NCBI RefSeq assembly: GCF_006345805.1 | Contig: NC_043001.1 | Coordinates: 113,150,001-113,214,000 of the forward strand | Source: Octopus sinensis | Lineage: Eukaryota | Reading direction: 5' to 3' | Length of the DNA stretch: 64,000 bases | Part shown: positions 38,557 through 52,316 of the stretch, one piece after another | How positions within the stretch are numbered: the stretch's first letter is position 1 | How the letters are laid out: each line of letters opens with the position of its first letter | Made by a program: the position numbers and the translations under genes | Notes under the pieces: model-generated | What the model was told of the DNA's origin: nothing | The model's input: the letters and a program-made list of their open reading frames with translations, nothing else | Databases searched by the model: none

Positions 38557-39027
38557 ACGTCAAATTGCGAAAGTTGTCCTGTCCCTTTTCTTTGATAAGA
38601 AAGTCAGGTAATTCATTGCTTGTTTGCTATAGTAAAAGACGTGGTACACTTTATAAGGTTAAACAGAGGGAAGCTTGTGATTTTCTCACTAAGGAGAAAA
38701 GCTTAACATCTTCAAGAACATGAAGAAAGTGAAAACAGAATGAAAAGTGTTGCCAGCTAAGTTTATGACGTGTGTAACGAAAGGTTTGACGCGTCAGTGT
38801 TGCGTGACGTTCGGATGATTCTCTTTGGGTGACTGTTTTCTCTTCTTGGGTTCTGTTAAGCATTGATTTTATATCAAACATATACACGCGTGCATACCTA
38901 TATACACACATACGTACTAATATAAATCTGTTTATACATACACATGTGTGTATGAGTATACACATATATAAACAAGTATACTATCATGCACTCTCTCTTA
39001 CACTACACATAAACGTGTGCGTGTGTG

Positions 39028-39085
<58 letters not shown>

Positions 39086-39099
39086 GTGTGTATGTGTCT

Positions 39100-39290
39100 T
39101 CTTTTGCTTGTTTCAGTTATTTCACTGTGGCCATGCTGGAGCACCACCTTTAGTCGAGCAAATCGACTCCAAGACTTATTCTTTGTAAGCCTAGTACTTA
39201 TTCTATCGGTCCCTTTTGCCGAACCGCTAAGTTACGGGGACGTAAACACATCAGCATCGGTTGTCTAGCGATGTTGGAGGGACAAATACA

Positions 39291-39349
<59 letters not shown>

Positions 39350-39454
39350 CACAGGCTTTGGTCGGCCCGAGGCTATAGTAGAAGTCACTTGTCCCAAGTG
39401 GGACTGAACCCGGAACCATGTGGTTGGTAAGCAAGCTACTTACCACACAGCCAC
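39100..39454 (-). mobile_element. SINE family A, internally deleted
   Basis: Reverse family A lacking the GGAAACTGAAAGAAGCC block. Confidence 0.85.
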
Positions 39455-40377
39455 AAATATATTAATATACATACATGCATACATTTTTTTGTAAACGCAT
39501 TCATTCATACCTAGATACACTTTAAACACACATGCACACATCTATATGTACACACACACACACACGCACATAAAGGTACGCATACGTGTGTATGTGTGTG
39601 CATGTTTGTGTGTGTATATGTTTGTGTGTGTGTGTGTGTATGTATGTGTGTGTGAGTGTGTGTTTGTGTGTGTGTGTGTGTGAGTGTGTGTGTGTGTGTG
39701 TATGTGTGCGTGTGTGTGTATGTGTTCGTGTACATTCGGTACGTATATATATATATATATGAACTGTAAGGTTAGGTATAAGTATCTGTACCCGTCTGCA
39801 CGTGGATGCGAATATGAACGTTTTCACTTTTGCTCCTGTTCCTAAGCAATGTATAGCAGCTGTGGGAGTAAGAAAAACAAATGTTAAATACATGAATAAA
39901 CGAACAAAAAAATACATATATATATTATGAAGAACCCCCCACCCTTCCCTTGTTGCCCCCCGATGAATTGGTCATGATATGGTAAAATCTAATTTTGGAA
40001 CTAAATGGAAACAAAATCTTTAACACATGATACGTTACATGCATACGTGCGTATATACACAGATACATGTTCATACATGTACACACACACACACATGCAC
40101 ATACACACATACACACACACACGCACACATATATATATGTATAATTTCTTTCTGTATAATATGTGAATACTATTATATATATATATATATATACACATAC
40201 ACTCAAACACATCCATCCATCCATCCATACATACATGCATACATACATACATGCATACATACATAAATGCATACATACATTCATTATAAGTGCGTGCGTG
40301 TATATGTATACATTTCTACATAATAGGCGTATATATATATAAGTAGCTATATATATGTGTCTATGTATGTGTATGCA

Positions 40378-40459
<82 letters not shown>

Positions 40460-41388
40460 CCTTTCTATCTATCTACATACCTATCTTAGATAGACAGATA
40501 TATATATGTGTGTGTGTGTGTGTTATATGGTGTATGCGTGTGATGTGTGTGTGTGGAGAGAGCGCAAGCGAGTGAGAGAGAGAAAGAGGGCGAGAGCGAA
40601 AATACGGGTAGTACAAACTACACCTTATGTTTTGCATAATAATATTTGGCATGGCATTTCTACGTACAAGAAACATGCCATATACACATGCTAGTACTCG
40701 CAGTGAACTTCACATCTGCTTTGTTTGGTTGTTTATAAAATTAAAAAGTGATTTATAGTTAGACGAATATATATACTAATTTACCTATTTATACATTAAG
40801 TTGTAACCAACTTTGAACCTGGAGACTTATGCAGAAGTATTTTGAAAACAATTTACAATGAGGCCCGAATAATTTTCCGTTTTGAGAACTTACGTTGAAC
40901 AATTGCCCCAAGTTTTGAAAATCCCTCCCATACAAAAATAGGATATTTTTGGGTGTTACATATATAGGATGAATATTTCATTCACGTGTCTAATGCCAGT
41001 TCTGCCTTTTTGTACTTATCGGCACATATCCTGCTTTCAAAAATATTTTCATTTGAAATAAATTACTGTCATTAGAACCACCCGATATGTTTTGCTTTTA
41101 AATTCTTTAAGATTTTTTGTTTTTGTAACCTAGTTACAGTAAAAAATCTGGCTTACAAAGTTCAGACTTTCGACTGAGACACTAATTTTCCTTTTGTGCA
41201 ATGAGAGTAGCACACTAGGAAATATCTAAGGAAACTATATCTCAAAATATCTAGGACTATTAACATCCATTTATCAGATAGATATAGCGTTGTATATATG
41301 GCACTACATACATGTATGCAGACATACATACATACACGGACACACACACCCAATCACTCACTCACTCACTCACTTAAACACTCACAGT

Positions 41389-41431
<43 letters not shown>

Positions 41432-41557
41432 AATCTGGATGCTCTCCAAAGCTCCTTCCCGGGTATCAGCTACCAAGTGTTATTATACAGCAGGACTTCT
41501 GTAACTGGATATACATGTGGAAATCCGCAAATATCCGTAGAATTTAAGCAAAAAATT

Positions 41558-41635
41558 TAATACGAGAAGACCGATTGAGCAGGTTTTATTGCAAATTACT
41601 ACAATGAAGCCTGTTCAATCGACCTTCTCGTATTA
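41558..41635. other. 78-nt stem-loop (pre-miRNA-like, or a tiny MITE)
   Basis: 34-nt arms TAATACGAGAAG...TTATTG / CAATGAAG...CTTCTCGTATTA, 10-nt loop. Confidence 0.5.
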
Positions 41636-41637
41636 GA

Positions 41638-41668
<31 letters not shown>

Positions 41669-42028
41669 AACACAAATGCATATACATACACACATACGCA
41701 CACACACAAACACATACACTAACACATTACTTAGGTAATTAGGGTAAATCCCAGCTGTTTCTTCTTGAAACGCATTTACTTATTCCAATACTATAATCCA
41801 ATATGTAGTCTTGCTACGATATGTAAGTCAAAATACATATTGAAATTGAGAATTATGAAAGTATTACTTGCAGAGTGGTATAACAAAACAGGAAATTGGA
41901 AATTGGTTTGATATTATTTTTCCACCTTAACACGTGTTTCATTTGCTAATAGGAATTACAAAGTGTTGAATGTTAGATAGACATGTAAGGAATTTCTGAA
42001 GTATTTCTATTGGGAATTCCAAAAATTC

Positions 42029-42400
42029 ACGGCCGTTTCAGGCGACTCCATTTAATCGACCAATGCAAACATCACATCAATTTGAAATATACCCTTTTCC
42101 TCGGATGCATAAGACCACATAAGTTTTCAGCATACAAGATGCTTCATTACAATTTACATGCTTCTTGCTTTTATTGCTACAATAAAAGCAACAAGAATGT
42201 AATTCTTTTACTCTGAAGCACTGAGGAAAAATTTGTCCCCAAAATTATAATGGGGTATCTGTATGTTGAAAACCTATATGATCTTATGCATCCGAGGAAG
42301 GCGGTGTATTTCAAATTGATGTAATACTTGCATTGCTCGATTAAATGGAGCCGTCTGAAACGGCCGTAATGCACTAATACCTGGACATCCTTGTTACGAT
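42029..42400. mobile_element. Long-TIR fold-back element (family E), long form; left terminus missing
   Basis: ~115-bp arms; ORFs 42010+ and 42177- translate to near-identical peptides; right end matches the 15135-15337 TIR. Confidence 0.88.
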
Positions 42401-43074
42401 TTAGATAAAATTACTTCTGATGACGTAACATAATAGGTACATACAATAAGCGTTCAGATTGACTTGTTGCCTAAATTTCAACTTAAGCATCAGGTAAAAT
42501 AGGAGGAATGCTGTATTTGCTTCCTGAATATTGGCTAAAAGCAGTGTTTCAATTGAGCAGGTAAGTGTATAATAGAATAAAATGATTAACAGGTAAACAA
42601 CTGGTATAAGGTCAGTTTATGACATATTTAAATATGAGGGTAAAATTGATTGTTACATGAATATAGATCACAAAAATTCGATAAAAGAACAGTTGAAGAA
42701 TGTTCATAGTAGTTATAGTACATGTTAATATTCTACCGGAACCGGTAAGTTCGAATTATTGGCGTCAGAAAAGGTAGAATCCAAAGCTGGATAAGAAGAG
42801 GAAGGAAGGTGTGCCAAAGGTCTCTTACAGCTGTTTCAAGAATAGACGCACGATTGGTGCATTTCTTTCAAGCAATTGCAGCGAATATATTAGTTGCGAT
42901 CTGTTCAATCATCGTTTGTATGGAAATGTATGCAGTTAGATATTATAGATATGCGAATGTTAATGTCTTATTAGTACTCGTTAACGTGTGATAGAGCTAA
43001 GAAGACGTTCAATTTAATGTAATATGTCTGTCATGAGCCCTAGAACTCACAATGCAAGAACTCAACTCGGCTTC

Positions 43075-43300
43075 TTCGGCGTATAAGGGACTGAAATTAC
43101 AACATTGCCCTTGAACGAAACGCTGGTTCATCGCAGGCTTAACATCCTGGCTATTGCTGGAATTCATTTTCAGCGAATGAAAACGCGAAATGAAGTGCTT
43201 TGCCCAAGAACACAGTTCACCTACTTGTCAGGAATTCGAAACCTCAATCTCACAATCGTGAGTGCGACACTTTAACCACTAGGTTATGCACTTTCATAAT
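43075..43300 (-). mobile_element. Old family D SINE
   Basis: GAAATGAAGTGCTTTGCCCAAGAACAC...GAAACC...TAACCACTAGG. Confidence 0.55.
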
Positions 43301-43648
43301 TTAATATGTAGCCCTTTCTTAACAAAATCGATCACATCATAACGTTAATCTATCTATATTTATTCATCGACAGATGTTAGTCTGCATATATTACAATTAT
43401 AATGGATCGTTCTGTTAGTCCCCTTGCATTTCATTCATGAAAGACAGAACATCGTACTACTATAAGTTTTGAAACTTCTCTTTCCCCATTGATGATCGTA
43501 TATGTAGTACATGAAACATTGAAACGTAAGTTTCATGATATATATATTTTAAATATCTGTGTATATAGAGCATGTTGCCTTTCGTATATTTAGATGCTTA
43601 ACTGTGCACCAGCTCCAAAGTTGACAGTTTCGTCTGGAATTGCTCCTT

Positions 43649-43862
<214 letters not shown>

Positions 43863-43893
43863 CCTCGCTGCTTTTTCAACTCTTTACCCTATT

Positions 43894-43921
43894 CTGAAGT
43901 AGGGGCAATGCCCGAAACGTC
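43894..43921 (+). ncRNA. Degenerate minimal hammerhead motif
   Basis: CTGAAG(T)AG-GGGC aat GCCC-GAAA-CGTC; A9 substituted; no clear stem I. Confidence 0.4.
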
Positions 43922-44033
43922 ATGCCAGTTAACACTTTCCATTTTTCTGAGTGTCAAGATAATAATTTTGAATTCGAACTTATGTTATTTAGTGCATTTT
44001 GTTTTTGTTCTTCGCCTTATATATGCGTGTATG

Positions 44034-44080
<47 letters not shown>

Positions 44081-44594
44081 GTGTGTGTCTGTGTCTGTGT
44101 ATATATGTATGTGCGTGCGTGCGAATTTGGTTCGTGGGTATGGCGTTAACCGAAACACACATACACATACACGCACAAACACACGTACACTTATAGATAC
44201 CTTTACATATTTATACATATGTATACACAAACCCACACACCCGCAAGTACTTACACATGCACAGCAACTCACAACTGACTTTAGTACAAATGCATTTACA
44301 CTCCCCGTCTCCATCCTAAGACATTCCTATCTCAGACGCCAGGCAGTTCAAACATGCTAGTCACGTGACAGCCAGTGGAGTTAATGACCCAAACGAATAC
44401 ACACATTTGAGAATAGTATCGTTGTCTTTGAGGATCCGAATGAAACATCTTGGAGTTGACTTCACTGATAAATTCTTCAAATTAATAACACGTGTACGCA
44501 TTGTACAAGCGCTTTCAGAGCCGGCTCTACATAAATACACGTACATACGAACGCTCTACACATCACTCGCACACTTCATGTGTATATATGATAT

Positions 44595-44721
44595 ACATAC
44601 ATAAATGCTTACATGCATGCATGCATACATACATACATACGTACATACATACATACATACACACTTATATACACACCCAAAACAGAACATACATACATAA
44701 ATACATACATACATACATACA

Positions 44722-44752
<31 letters not shown>

Positions 44753-44887
44753 GTACATACATACATACATACATATATACACACCCAAAACAGAACATAC
44801 GATCTGTACGTATACATACATACATACATACATACATACACATCCAAAACAAAACATACGAATCTGCACGTATACATACATACTACA

Positions 44888-44919
<32 letters not shown>

Positions 44920-45025
44920 AACAAAAATACCCCTGTTGTTGAAATTCCAATGAAGGAACCTTGGATCTAGGTTAGAAACCGGTTCTTTCTCTATTGGCAG
45001 GAAACCTTGAAATAAAACTGAATAA
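44595..45025 (+). repeat. (CATA)n array with higher-order unit, ending in the second copy of the ~105-bp element (44921-45025)
   Basis: Unit ACAC(A/C)CCAAAACA(G/A)AACATAC x3; element homologous to 13672-13776. Confidence 0.85.
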
Positions 45026-45510
45026 TGTCATGTATACAAGATGGCGCCGTCGTCATCGGACGTGCGGCGTAGAGGGCCGTTAAAATATATATTCCTACAT
45101 TTATGCCGACTCTTCCAGCCTAAATCAGTAACTGGATTATTCCTGCCATTATAAATAAGAGAAACACCTTTTACTTACCAAAGTCTTCAGACCGGATTTT
45201 ACAAATATACCTTATATCACGTGGAATTTCGCTAACACGATTACCTCTGATATTAACACCATCACCACCGACGAAAACATACATACTGCCTTCTCAGCCA
45301 TCACATGATCCAACTATCTTATTTCATTTCAAATATTTACTTTCATGTTTTCTGTTATCAACAGATTTGAAATAGCACAGCAAATTTATGTTTAAGTAAT
45401 TCTCGTATACCATTTTAAAATTTAATGCTTTGATCTGTAGGAAGGAACTGCACTCTTATCTCCTAGTGTCCCACCTTCGCGAGAACACCAATATCCACGG
45501 GGGCTGGATT

Positions 45511-45718
45511 CTCTTTTCTCTTTTCTCTTTTACTTGTTTCAGTCATTTGACTGCGGCCATGCTGGAGCACCGCCTTTTAGTCGAGCAAATCGACCCCGGG
45601 ACTTATTCTTTTGTAAGCCCAGTACTTATTCTATCAGTCTCTTTTGCCGAACCGCTAAGTGACGGGGACGTAAACACACCAGGATCGGTTGTCAAGCAAT
45701 GCTAGGGGGAAAACACAG

Positions 45719-45749
<31 letters not shown>

Positions 45750-45921
45750 CACATATACGACAGGCTTCTTTCAGTTTCCGTCTACCAAATCCACTCACAA
45801 GGCATTGGTCGGCCCGGGGCCATAGCAGAAGACACTTGCCCAAGATGCCACACAGTGGGACTGAACCCGGAACCATGTGGTTGGTAAGCAAGCTACTTAC
45901 CACAAAGCCACTCCTGCGCCT
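45511..45921 (-). mobile_element. SINE family A, full length
   Basis: Reverse family A. Confidence 0.92.
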
Positions 45922-46299
45922 AATTTTTTGTTATTTTTTGACATCTTTAAATTGACAGTTTCGGGAAAAATATAGACAGGACGTCCTGGAGAGGACATTC
46001 TTGGTGGAACATTTACTGTGGTTTTAGCTCGCCGATAAAATAAGTACTAGTCATACACTGGGGGCGAAATTTGAAACCAATATTTTACTTACCCTACCTA
46101 CTCAGCCAACACATGATCCCATTTATCTTATTTCATTTCAAATATTTATGCTTAAGCAATTCTTGTAACTTTATTTCATTTCAAAATTTAATGGTTTGAT
46201 CTGGGGGTCGATCTAATCGACTGGCCCCCTCCCCCAAAATTTCGGACCTTGTGCCTAGAGTAGAAAATAATACTGACTGTGGTTTTCAATATCAACGGG

Positions 46300-46460
46300 G
46301 GTAAGTGACGTGAAGAGAAGAGAAGAGACGAGTTAGTCAGGAGTGCTGAGTGGAAGTGACTGGACACTAGCCAGTTCTGAAGGGCAGAAGCCACGTAGAA
46401 GTGGTAGAGATGCCAGCGTGAGGAGACAACATGCCTGCAGGGTTGAGGGTGTTTGAGTAT
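46300..46460 (-). mobile_element. Possible CR1/Jockey-group LINE C-terminal fragment
   Basis: Decayed ...LYHFY.GFCPSELAS... resembling LFYRYYNG.CSSELAS motifs. Confidence 0.35.
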
Positions 46461-46632
46461 TACTCCGTTGTTAGAGTTGACGTTCTGTGTAAGTTCCTAT
46501 GTTTGTATATTTTGCATATGTGTGCGTACGTTTGCAGATGGGTGTGACCATGATGCGTGTGGATATGCCTGCACATGTATTCAAGTGGATATTTCTGCAT
46601 GTATTTAAGTAGTTGTATGTACATATATATAT

Positions 46633-47045
46633 AGGCGCAGGAGTGGCTGTGTGGTAAGGAGCTTGCTAACCAACCACATGGTTCCGGGTTCAGTCCCACT
46701 GCGTGGCATCTTGGGCAAGTGTCTTCTGCTATAGCCCCAGGCCGACCAATGCCTTGTGAGTGGATTTGGTAGACGGAAACTGAAAGAACCTGTCGTATAT
46801 ATGTATATATATATATATAAGTGTGTGTGTTTGTGGGTTTTGTGTCTGTGTTTGTCCCCCTTGAATTGCTTGACAACCGATGCTGGTGTGTTTACGTCCC
46901 CGTCACTTAGCGGTTCGGCAAAAGAGACCGATAGAATAAGTACTGGGCTTACAAAGAATAAGTTCCGGGGTCGATTTGCTCGACTAAAGGCGGTGCTCCA
47001 GCATGGCCGCTGTCAAATGACTGAAACAAGTAAAAGAGTAAAAGA

Positions 47046-47047
<2 letters not shown>
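46633..47047 (+). mobile_element. SINE family A, full length
   Basis: AGGCGCAGGAGTGGCTGTGTGG ... GTAAAAGAGTAAAAGAG. Confidence 0.93.
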
Positions 47048-47090
<43 letters not shown>

Positions 47091-47093
<3 letters not shown>

Positions 47094-48455
47094 GTGTTAG
47101 ACAAAATAATGGAAACACCTAGCATCAAAGTATCATAATTTTGACACACCTATAAAACCGTCAAAAGCTCGTTTATTTTTATGCTTTTGATTTATTATTA
47201 GTGTTGTTTAATGTTTTCCTAAAATTACTGTTTCTTTTCAGATATCAGCAAAAAAAAAAAGCAATTAAAATTCATTAAAATGATAGATCTATCGGATTTT
47301 CAAAGAGGTCAAATTGTCGGTGCTCGTATGGCAGGTGCTAGCGTAACGAAAACAGCCGAAATGTTTGGTGTATCAAGAAGTACTGTCTCAAAAATAATAA
47401 CAGCCTTTGAGAAAGAGGGAAAAACCTCGTCGAAACTAAGCTCCGGAACGAACTTTCAGATAGGGACCGTTGGACTCTTACGCGAATTGTTAGAAAGGAT
47501 CACAAAAGTACAGTTCCCAAGATTACTGCAGAGCTTAATGATCTCTTTGAGATCCCAGTTTCCACAAAAACTGTTCGCCGGGAGCTGCACAAAACCGGAT
47601 TTCAAGGGAGGGCTGCAATCAGAAGGCCACTACTTTAAAAAAACAAACGTTGCAAAGTGTTTAGAGTGGAGTAAAAACTCACAGAATTGATCCCTAGAGC
47701 AGTGGAAGAATATTATTTTCTCAGACGAGTCATCCTTTTACCTCATTTCCGCCGCTCACTAGCCGAGTGTACGTGTAGAGACAACCAAAAGAAGCATTTG
47801 ACCCAGACTGCCTTTTTCCAACTGTTAAACATGGAGGAGGATCTGTGATGATCGGAGGTGGTGTGGGGTGGGGGTGGGGGCTATATCTTGAAAATCCACC
47901 GACCCAATGTTTTCCTTTCATGGCAGGATTAATAGTCAAGACTATTTAAGTATTTTATCTGATGAAATTCATCCTATGGCTGTGGAACTGTTTCCGGAGT
48001 GAAACGCAATCTTTCAGGATGATAATGCACCAATTCACACGGCTAAAGTTATTACTGAATGGCACGAGGAACATTCTATTGAAGTTGAACATATTATCTG
48101 GCCACCACGGTCCCCAGATCTCAATATTATTGAACATTTATGGTGCATTTTAGAAGAACAAATAAGGAGTCGATATCCTCCACCATCATCACTACAAGAA
48201 CTGGAGCCTGTTTTAGCTAAATAATGGACAAAAATTATTTTGGAAACAATTCAAACATTGTTCGAGTCCATACCTCGTAGAATTCAAGCTGTAATTACTG
48301 CCAAAGTGCGTGTTTATGTATGTATGTATGTATGTATGTATGTATGTATGTATGTATGTATGTATGTGTGTATGTATGTGTGTGTGAGTGTGTGTATGTG
48401 TGTGTACGCCAGTATGTGTATGTGTTGTTGGGTTGCAATATTTTTCTAACAACTG
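47091..48455 (+). mobile_element. Near full-length Tc1-like transposon with a DD36E transposase pseudogene (Incomer-like)
   Basis: HTH MIDLSDFQRGQIVGARMAGASVTKTAEMFGVSRSTVSK (47280); FSDES (D 47724); FQDDNAP (D 48021), 36 aa, E 48132; left TIR (A)AGGTGTTAGACAAAATAATGGAAACACC after (TA)n; degenerate right TIR ending AACAACTG-TA; frameshifts and stops. Confidence 0.9.
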
Positions 48456-48571
48456 TAGCTAACTTTCATGTTATGCATATTAAACTGCACATGATTCGTA
48501 GTTATCGTTTCTCGAGATACTGAAAATGAGAGAAAAAGGGGGAAACGAGCAAGGAAGTGAAAAATATAAAC

Positions 48572-48613
<42 letters not shown>

Positions 48614-49073
48614 AAGAGAGAGAGAGAGAGAGAGAGAGTAGGGAAGGGAGAAAGGACGAGAAGCAATAAAAATGAAGCAAGGATGATTTTGAAGCAGTAC
48701 TAAGAGTGTGAAAGTTAGTGCGTGGTTTCGGCTGTCAATTTTTTAAAGAGAAAACAAAACTTTCACATGATTTATGAACTAAAATTAAGACTTTTATAGC
48801 ATTTCGTTAATTGACTTATATAGTTGTTTGTTTGTTTTGTGACATTTCATATATTAAAGTAACACTACCGACAACGTCGTAAACGCTATAAGAATATATT
48901 TATACGTAAAAAGCAAATCATACACAAATAGAAAATACTGACACAGCACGCAATAAGGTGCAGCCTCCCATACAAGCATATACATAAATGCATGGAGTTT
49001 TCTGCATGTATCTATATAACCTTTACTCTTAACCTACCTACTTACCTACCTACCTACCTACCTACCTACTTAC

Positions 49074-49152
<79 letters not shown>

Positions 49153-49313
49153 CTTGCCTGTCTATACACCTCCATATGTCTGTATGCATTTAGGTATATA
49201 TATATGTGTATATGTTTGTCGATAGTTACTCTTTAGCTATCCACACCCTCCCCTCTCTCTATATATATTATATATACATATATCTATCCATCTATCGATC
49301 GATCCATCCATCA

Positions 49314-49344
<31 letters not shown>

Positions 49345-50029
49345 TACATATATATGTATACATAGACAAACCGACACACACATACGCACGCACGCACGCA
49401 CACACACACACACATCGACAGATGGATACATATATATAGATATATAAGTATAAAGATATACTATTCTGTGTATCAGACTCAATGCAGATATACTGGGAAA
49501 GACAAACTAACTGCAGCATTCGTCCAGCAGCGGCGATGAGAATACTAGGCGTAGGTTTCGGCCTTGTTCGGCTTTGTCGATAGCATATATCAAGAATCAG
49601 GGCATACTAAGACAAGATCCGTTGCTATTGATAAGCAAACAGTGATTGAAAAATCACCGACGTTGCGATTAACTAGAAGCCTAAGTTAAAATTAGTTATA
49701 CACAACGGAATTTTTATAAGATTAAAATAGCTATATCTCTATTTTACGTTATGCAGATACATCGTGACAGGTAAATTAACAGCTGTTTTCGTCTGGGGAA
49801 AATATCCCTTATGGACGCACCGTGTTCGAAAATACAAAACTATATCAGTATCGGACGCATATTGTCCAGCCGTCGCAGAGAGAACGCTTGATGTACATTT
49901 TTATCTTGTTGGGATTTGTCCGCAGCATGTGCCCACTCCCAGTGGGATACAAAGGCAAAATCCATCGCCACTGACGTAGGAAAACAATGATTAAAAAATT
50001 ACTTCTGTTTCGATTACCCACTCAGATTG

Positions 50030-50690
50030 ATTCGACGTTGGTAATACGTCACCGGACAATTCCTCGCCAAGTTAGTTCATCGCCGAGCCAATTCGTCACC
50101 TGGTCGATTCACCCCAGGTCAATTGCTCGTCGGTAAATTCGTGGCTCGATCGTCAGTTCGTTGCCTCCAATATCGAATTTGTCTCCAGTATCCAAATCAG
50201 GATGTCTTCGGAATATTTCATTCTGTCATTCATGTTTTAGCTGAAATGTTTGTTTTAGCGTCAGTTCAAAGTGATTGCGTGTAAAAGGTAATTACGTCTT
50301 AACTTAAGGAGTGAAACAGCTGTCTAATCATTGCAGGTATGGGGTTCTCAGATGGTTTTGGACTGGGTTTTGCTTCATATGTCGCGTAAATAAATGAAAA
50401 GGAAAGTTCTGGAGATATTGGAATGATAACATGAGAATAACTCATATATCAAAACTCATTTAATTCCGTTATGAATTATGAAGAATTTGTTGATCAAAAT
50501 GGAACCAAACTAATGTCAAATTGCAAAAATTTATGCAAGGTGAAGCTAGCCAACAGAAGAAATGCAGGGATTTGAACTAACGCATTAAAAATGTGACAGA
50601 CAATTACGATTCTGATAAAAAAAAAAAAATTAAAAAACATCTTGAAAGCAGATACACATAATGTGAATTTTGTTGCCTCAAAGATTTTTT
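50030..50690 (+). mobile_element. Mutator (MULE)-like remnant with subterminal repeats
   Basis: Repeated AATTCGTCACC-like motifs at 50040-50170; decayed NQTNVKLQKFMQGEASQQKKCRDLN*RIKNVTDNYD...LKADTHNVNF resembles MULE C-termini. Confidence 0.5.
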
Positions 50691-51132
50691 CTTAAATTTA
50701 GTTTATAAACCTGGTTTACGCAATCGAGATGTGATTAAAAAAGTTATTTATGTATCATACTTAATGTATACAAACTGTCGATAAGCCAGTTACTTCGGTA
50801 TAAGTTCTGAGATAACATTCCTTATGGACTTGCGGTGCATAAAACGCATTGAATATTAAAGGCGAAGATTCCATCCAGCTGTGGACAGCAGAAGCGACGG
50901 TTGGGAAGAATTTCGTCTTTCTCTGATATTCACTGTGTTTTCAAGACGGCAAGTCCATTAGAGGTGTTTTCTTAGTACGAATACTACAGTAACTGGCCTA
51001 TAGACTGTGTATATGTTATTATGGATACATAGATAGCTGTTTACTCTATAACAATTTCTGTTTCTGTTCAATTTTGAATTAAATGAAGTATATTTTTTTC
51101 CTTATATATTATTAACGTGTAACAATTATATA

Positions 51133-51262
51133 TAGGCGTGGCTGTATGATAAGAAGCCTGCTTCCCAACTACTTGGTTCCAGGTTTAGTCCCACCGCGCG
51201 GCATCTTGCGCAACCGTTTCTTACTATAGCATCAGGCCGACCAAAGCCTTGTAAATGGATCA
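51133..51262 (+). mobile_element. SINE family A 5' half
   Basis: AGGCGTGGCTGTATGATAAGAAG...GGCCGACCAAAGCCTTG. Confidence 0.75.
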
Positions 51263-51351
51263 TCTGACTGAACCTCTTGAGTCTGACCATTCTTGGAACA
51301 TGCCAATCCTCTGTACTGCTACTGTGTTTTCTGCACCAAAGTCACTAGTTT

Positions 51352-51728
51352 ATTCTTTTACTTGTTGCAGTCATTTTGACTGCGGCCATGCTGGAGTACC
51401 GCCATTTTAGTCGAAGAAATTGACCCCCAGATTTATTCTTTGTAAACCTGGTACTTATTCTATCAGTCGCTTTGCAGAACCGCTAAGTTACGGGGACATA
51501 AACACAGCAACATCGGTTGTCAAGCGATGGCGAGGCGACAAACACAGATTCACACACACACACAAACGACGGGTTTCTTTCAGTTTCCGTCTACCAAATC
51601 CACTCACAAGGCTTTGGTCGGCCCGAGGCTAAAGCAGAAGACATTTGCCCAAAGTGCCATGCAGTGGGATTGAAAAGGGAACTATGTGGTTGGTAAACAA
51701 GCTTCTTACCACAAAGCTACTCCTGCGT
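51352..51728 (-). mobile_element. SINE family A, full length
   Basis: Reverse family A. Confidence 0.88.
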
Positions 51729-51992
51729 CGATGATTACTGCAGGAACAACCGCTGTCCAATTAGAAATAACAGAACCAAACTTGTCTACACAGCATTGGA
51801 TGGCCATTGATTTAATGAGTTCATTCACTCTTTGACGGGTTTTGTTTTTCATCATGCTGAGTGTCCATCACCCTTTTCACGAAGCAAGTTTAACGGGGTT
51901 ACTAGTTTAGTCGCCGACGATCTGACCATACAGCAGATTATAATGGATTACATCTTACCAGTAAGGTGCTAACTTGTAATCCAGTAAAATCC

Positions 51993-52023
<31 letters not shown>

Positions 52024-52093
52024 TGTATGTATGCTTGACCGCTAAATCCACAAGTTTTTTTAAAATTCTCTCTCTGCTTATTTTCTCTTATTC

Positions 52094-52220
52094 ATTTCTG
52101 GTGAAGAGCGTAGGCTCGAAACATAAAATACTTGTTCACTTTCCCAAGCGTGAAACTAATACACCTGTTTGTTGTTCATACACCTGATTTCATCTTTTGT
52201 TTTTCTGTAAATTTCAACTA
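52094..52220 (+). ncRNA. Hammerhead-bearing repeat, copy 2 (core mutated)
   Basis: ATTT-CTGGTGA-A-GAGC gtag GCTC-GAAA-CATA-AAAT (52094-52129); body homologous to the 52878-53006 copy. Confidence 0.6.
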
Positions 52221-52316
52221 CGTATATATGTATGTATGCAAGCATGCATGTATGTTTTGCATACATACATGCATATATGTATTGCATGCATAGATGTACG
52301 TACGCATGTATGTATG

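Noticed and set aside
44361-44546. Non-repetitive 55-60 codon ORFs on both strands
   Set aside because: No recognisable domain and no convincing splice-site pair.
45293-46199. Direct repeat (45293-45433 / 46101-46199) around a family A SINE, considered as LTRs
   Set aside because: No TG...CA ends, PBS or PPT; copies are diverged and gapped; probably an old local duplication or another small repeat.
49550-49585. Minus-strand hammerhead-like GCC-GAACAA-GGCC-GAAAC (similar at ~60305-60335 and ~58428-58470)
   Set aside because: Two or more core substitutions; at best old relics.
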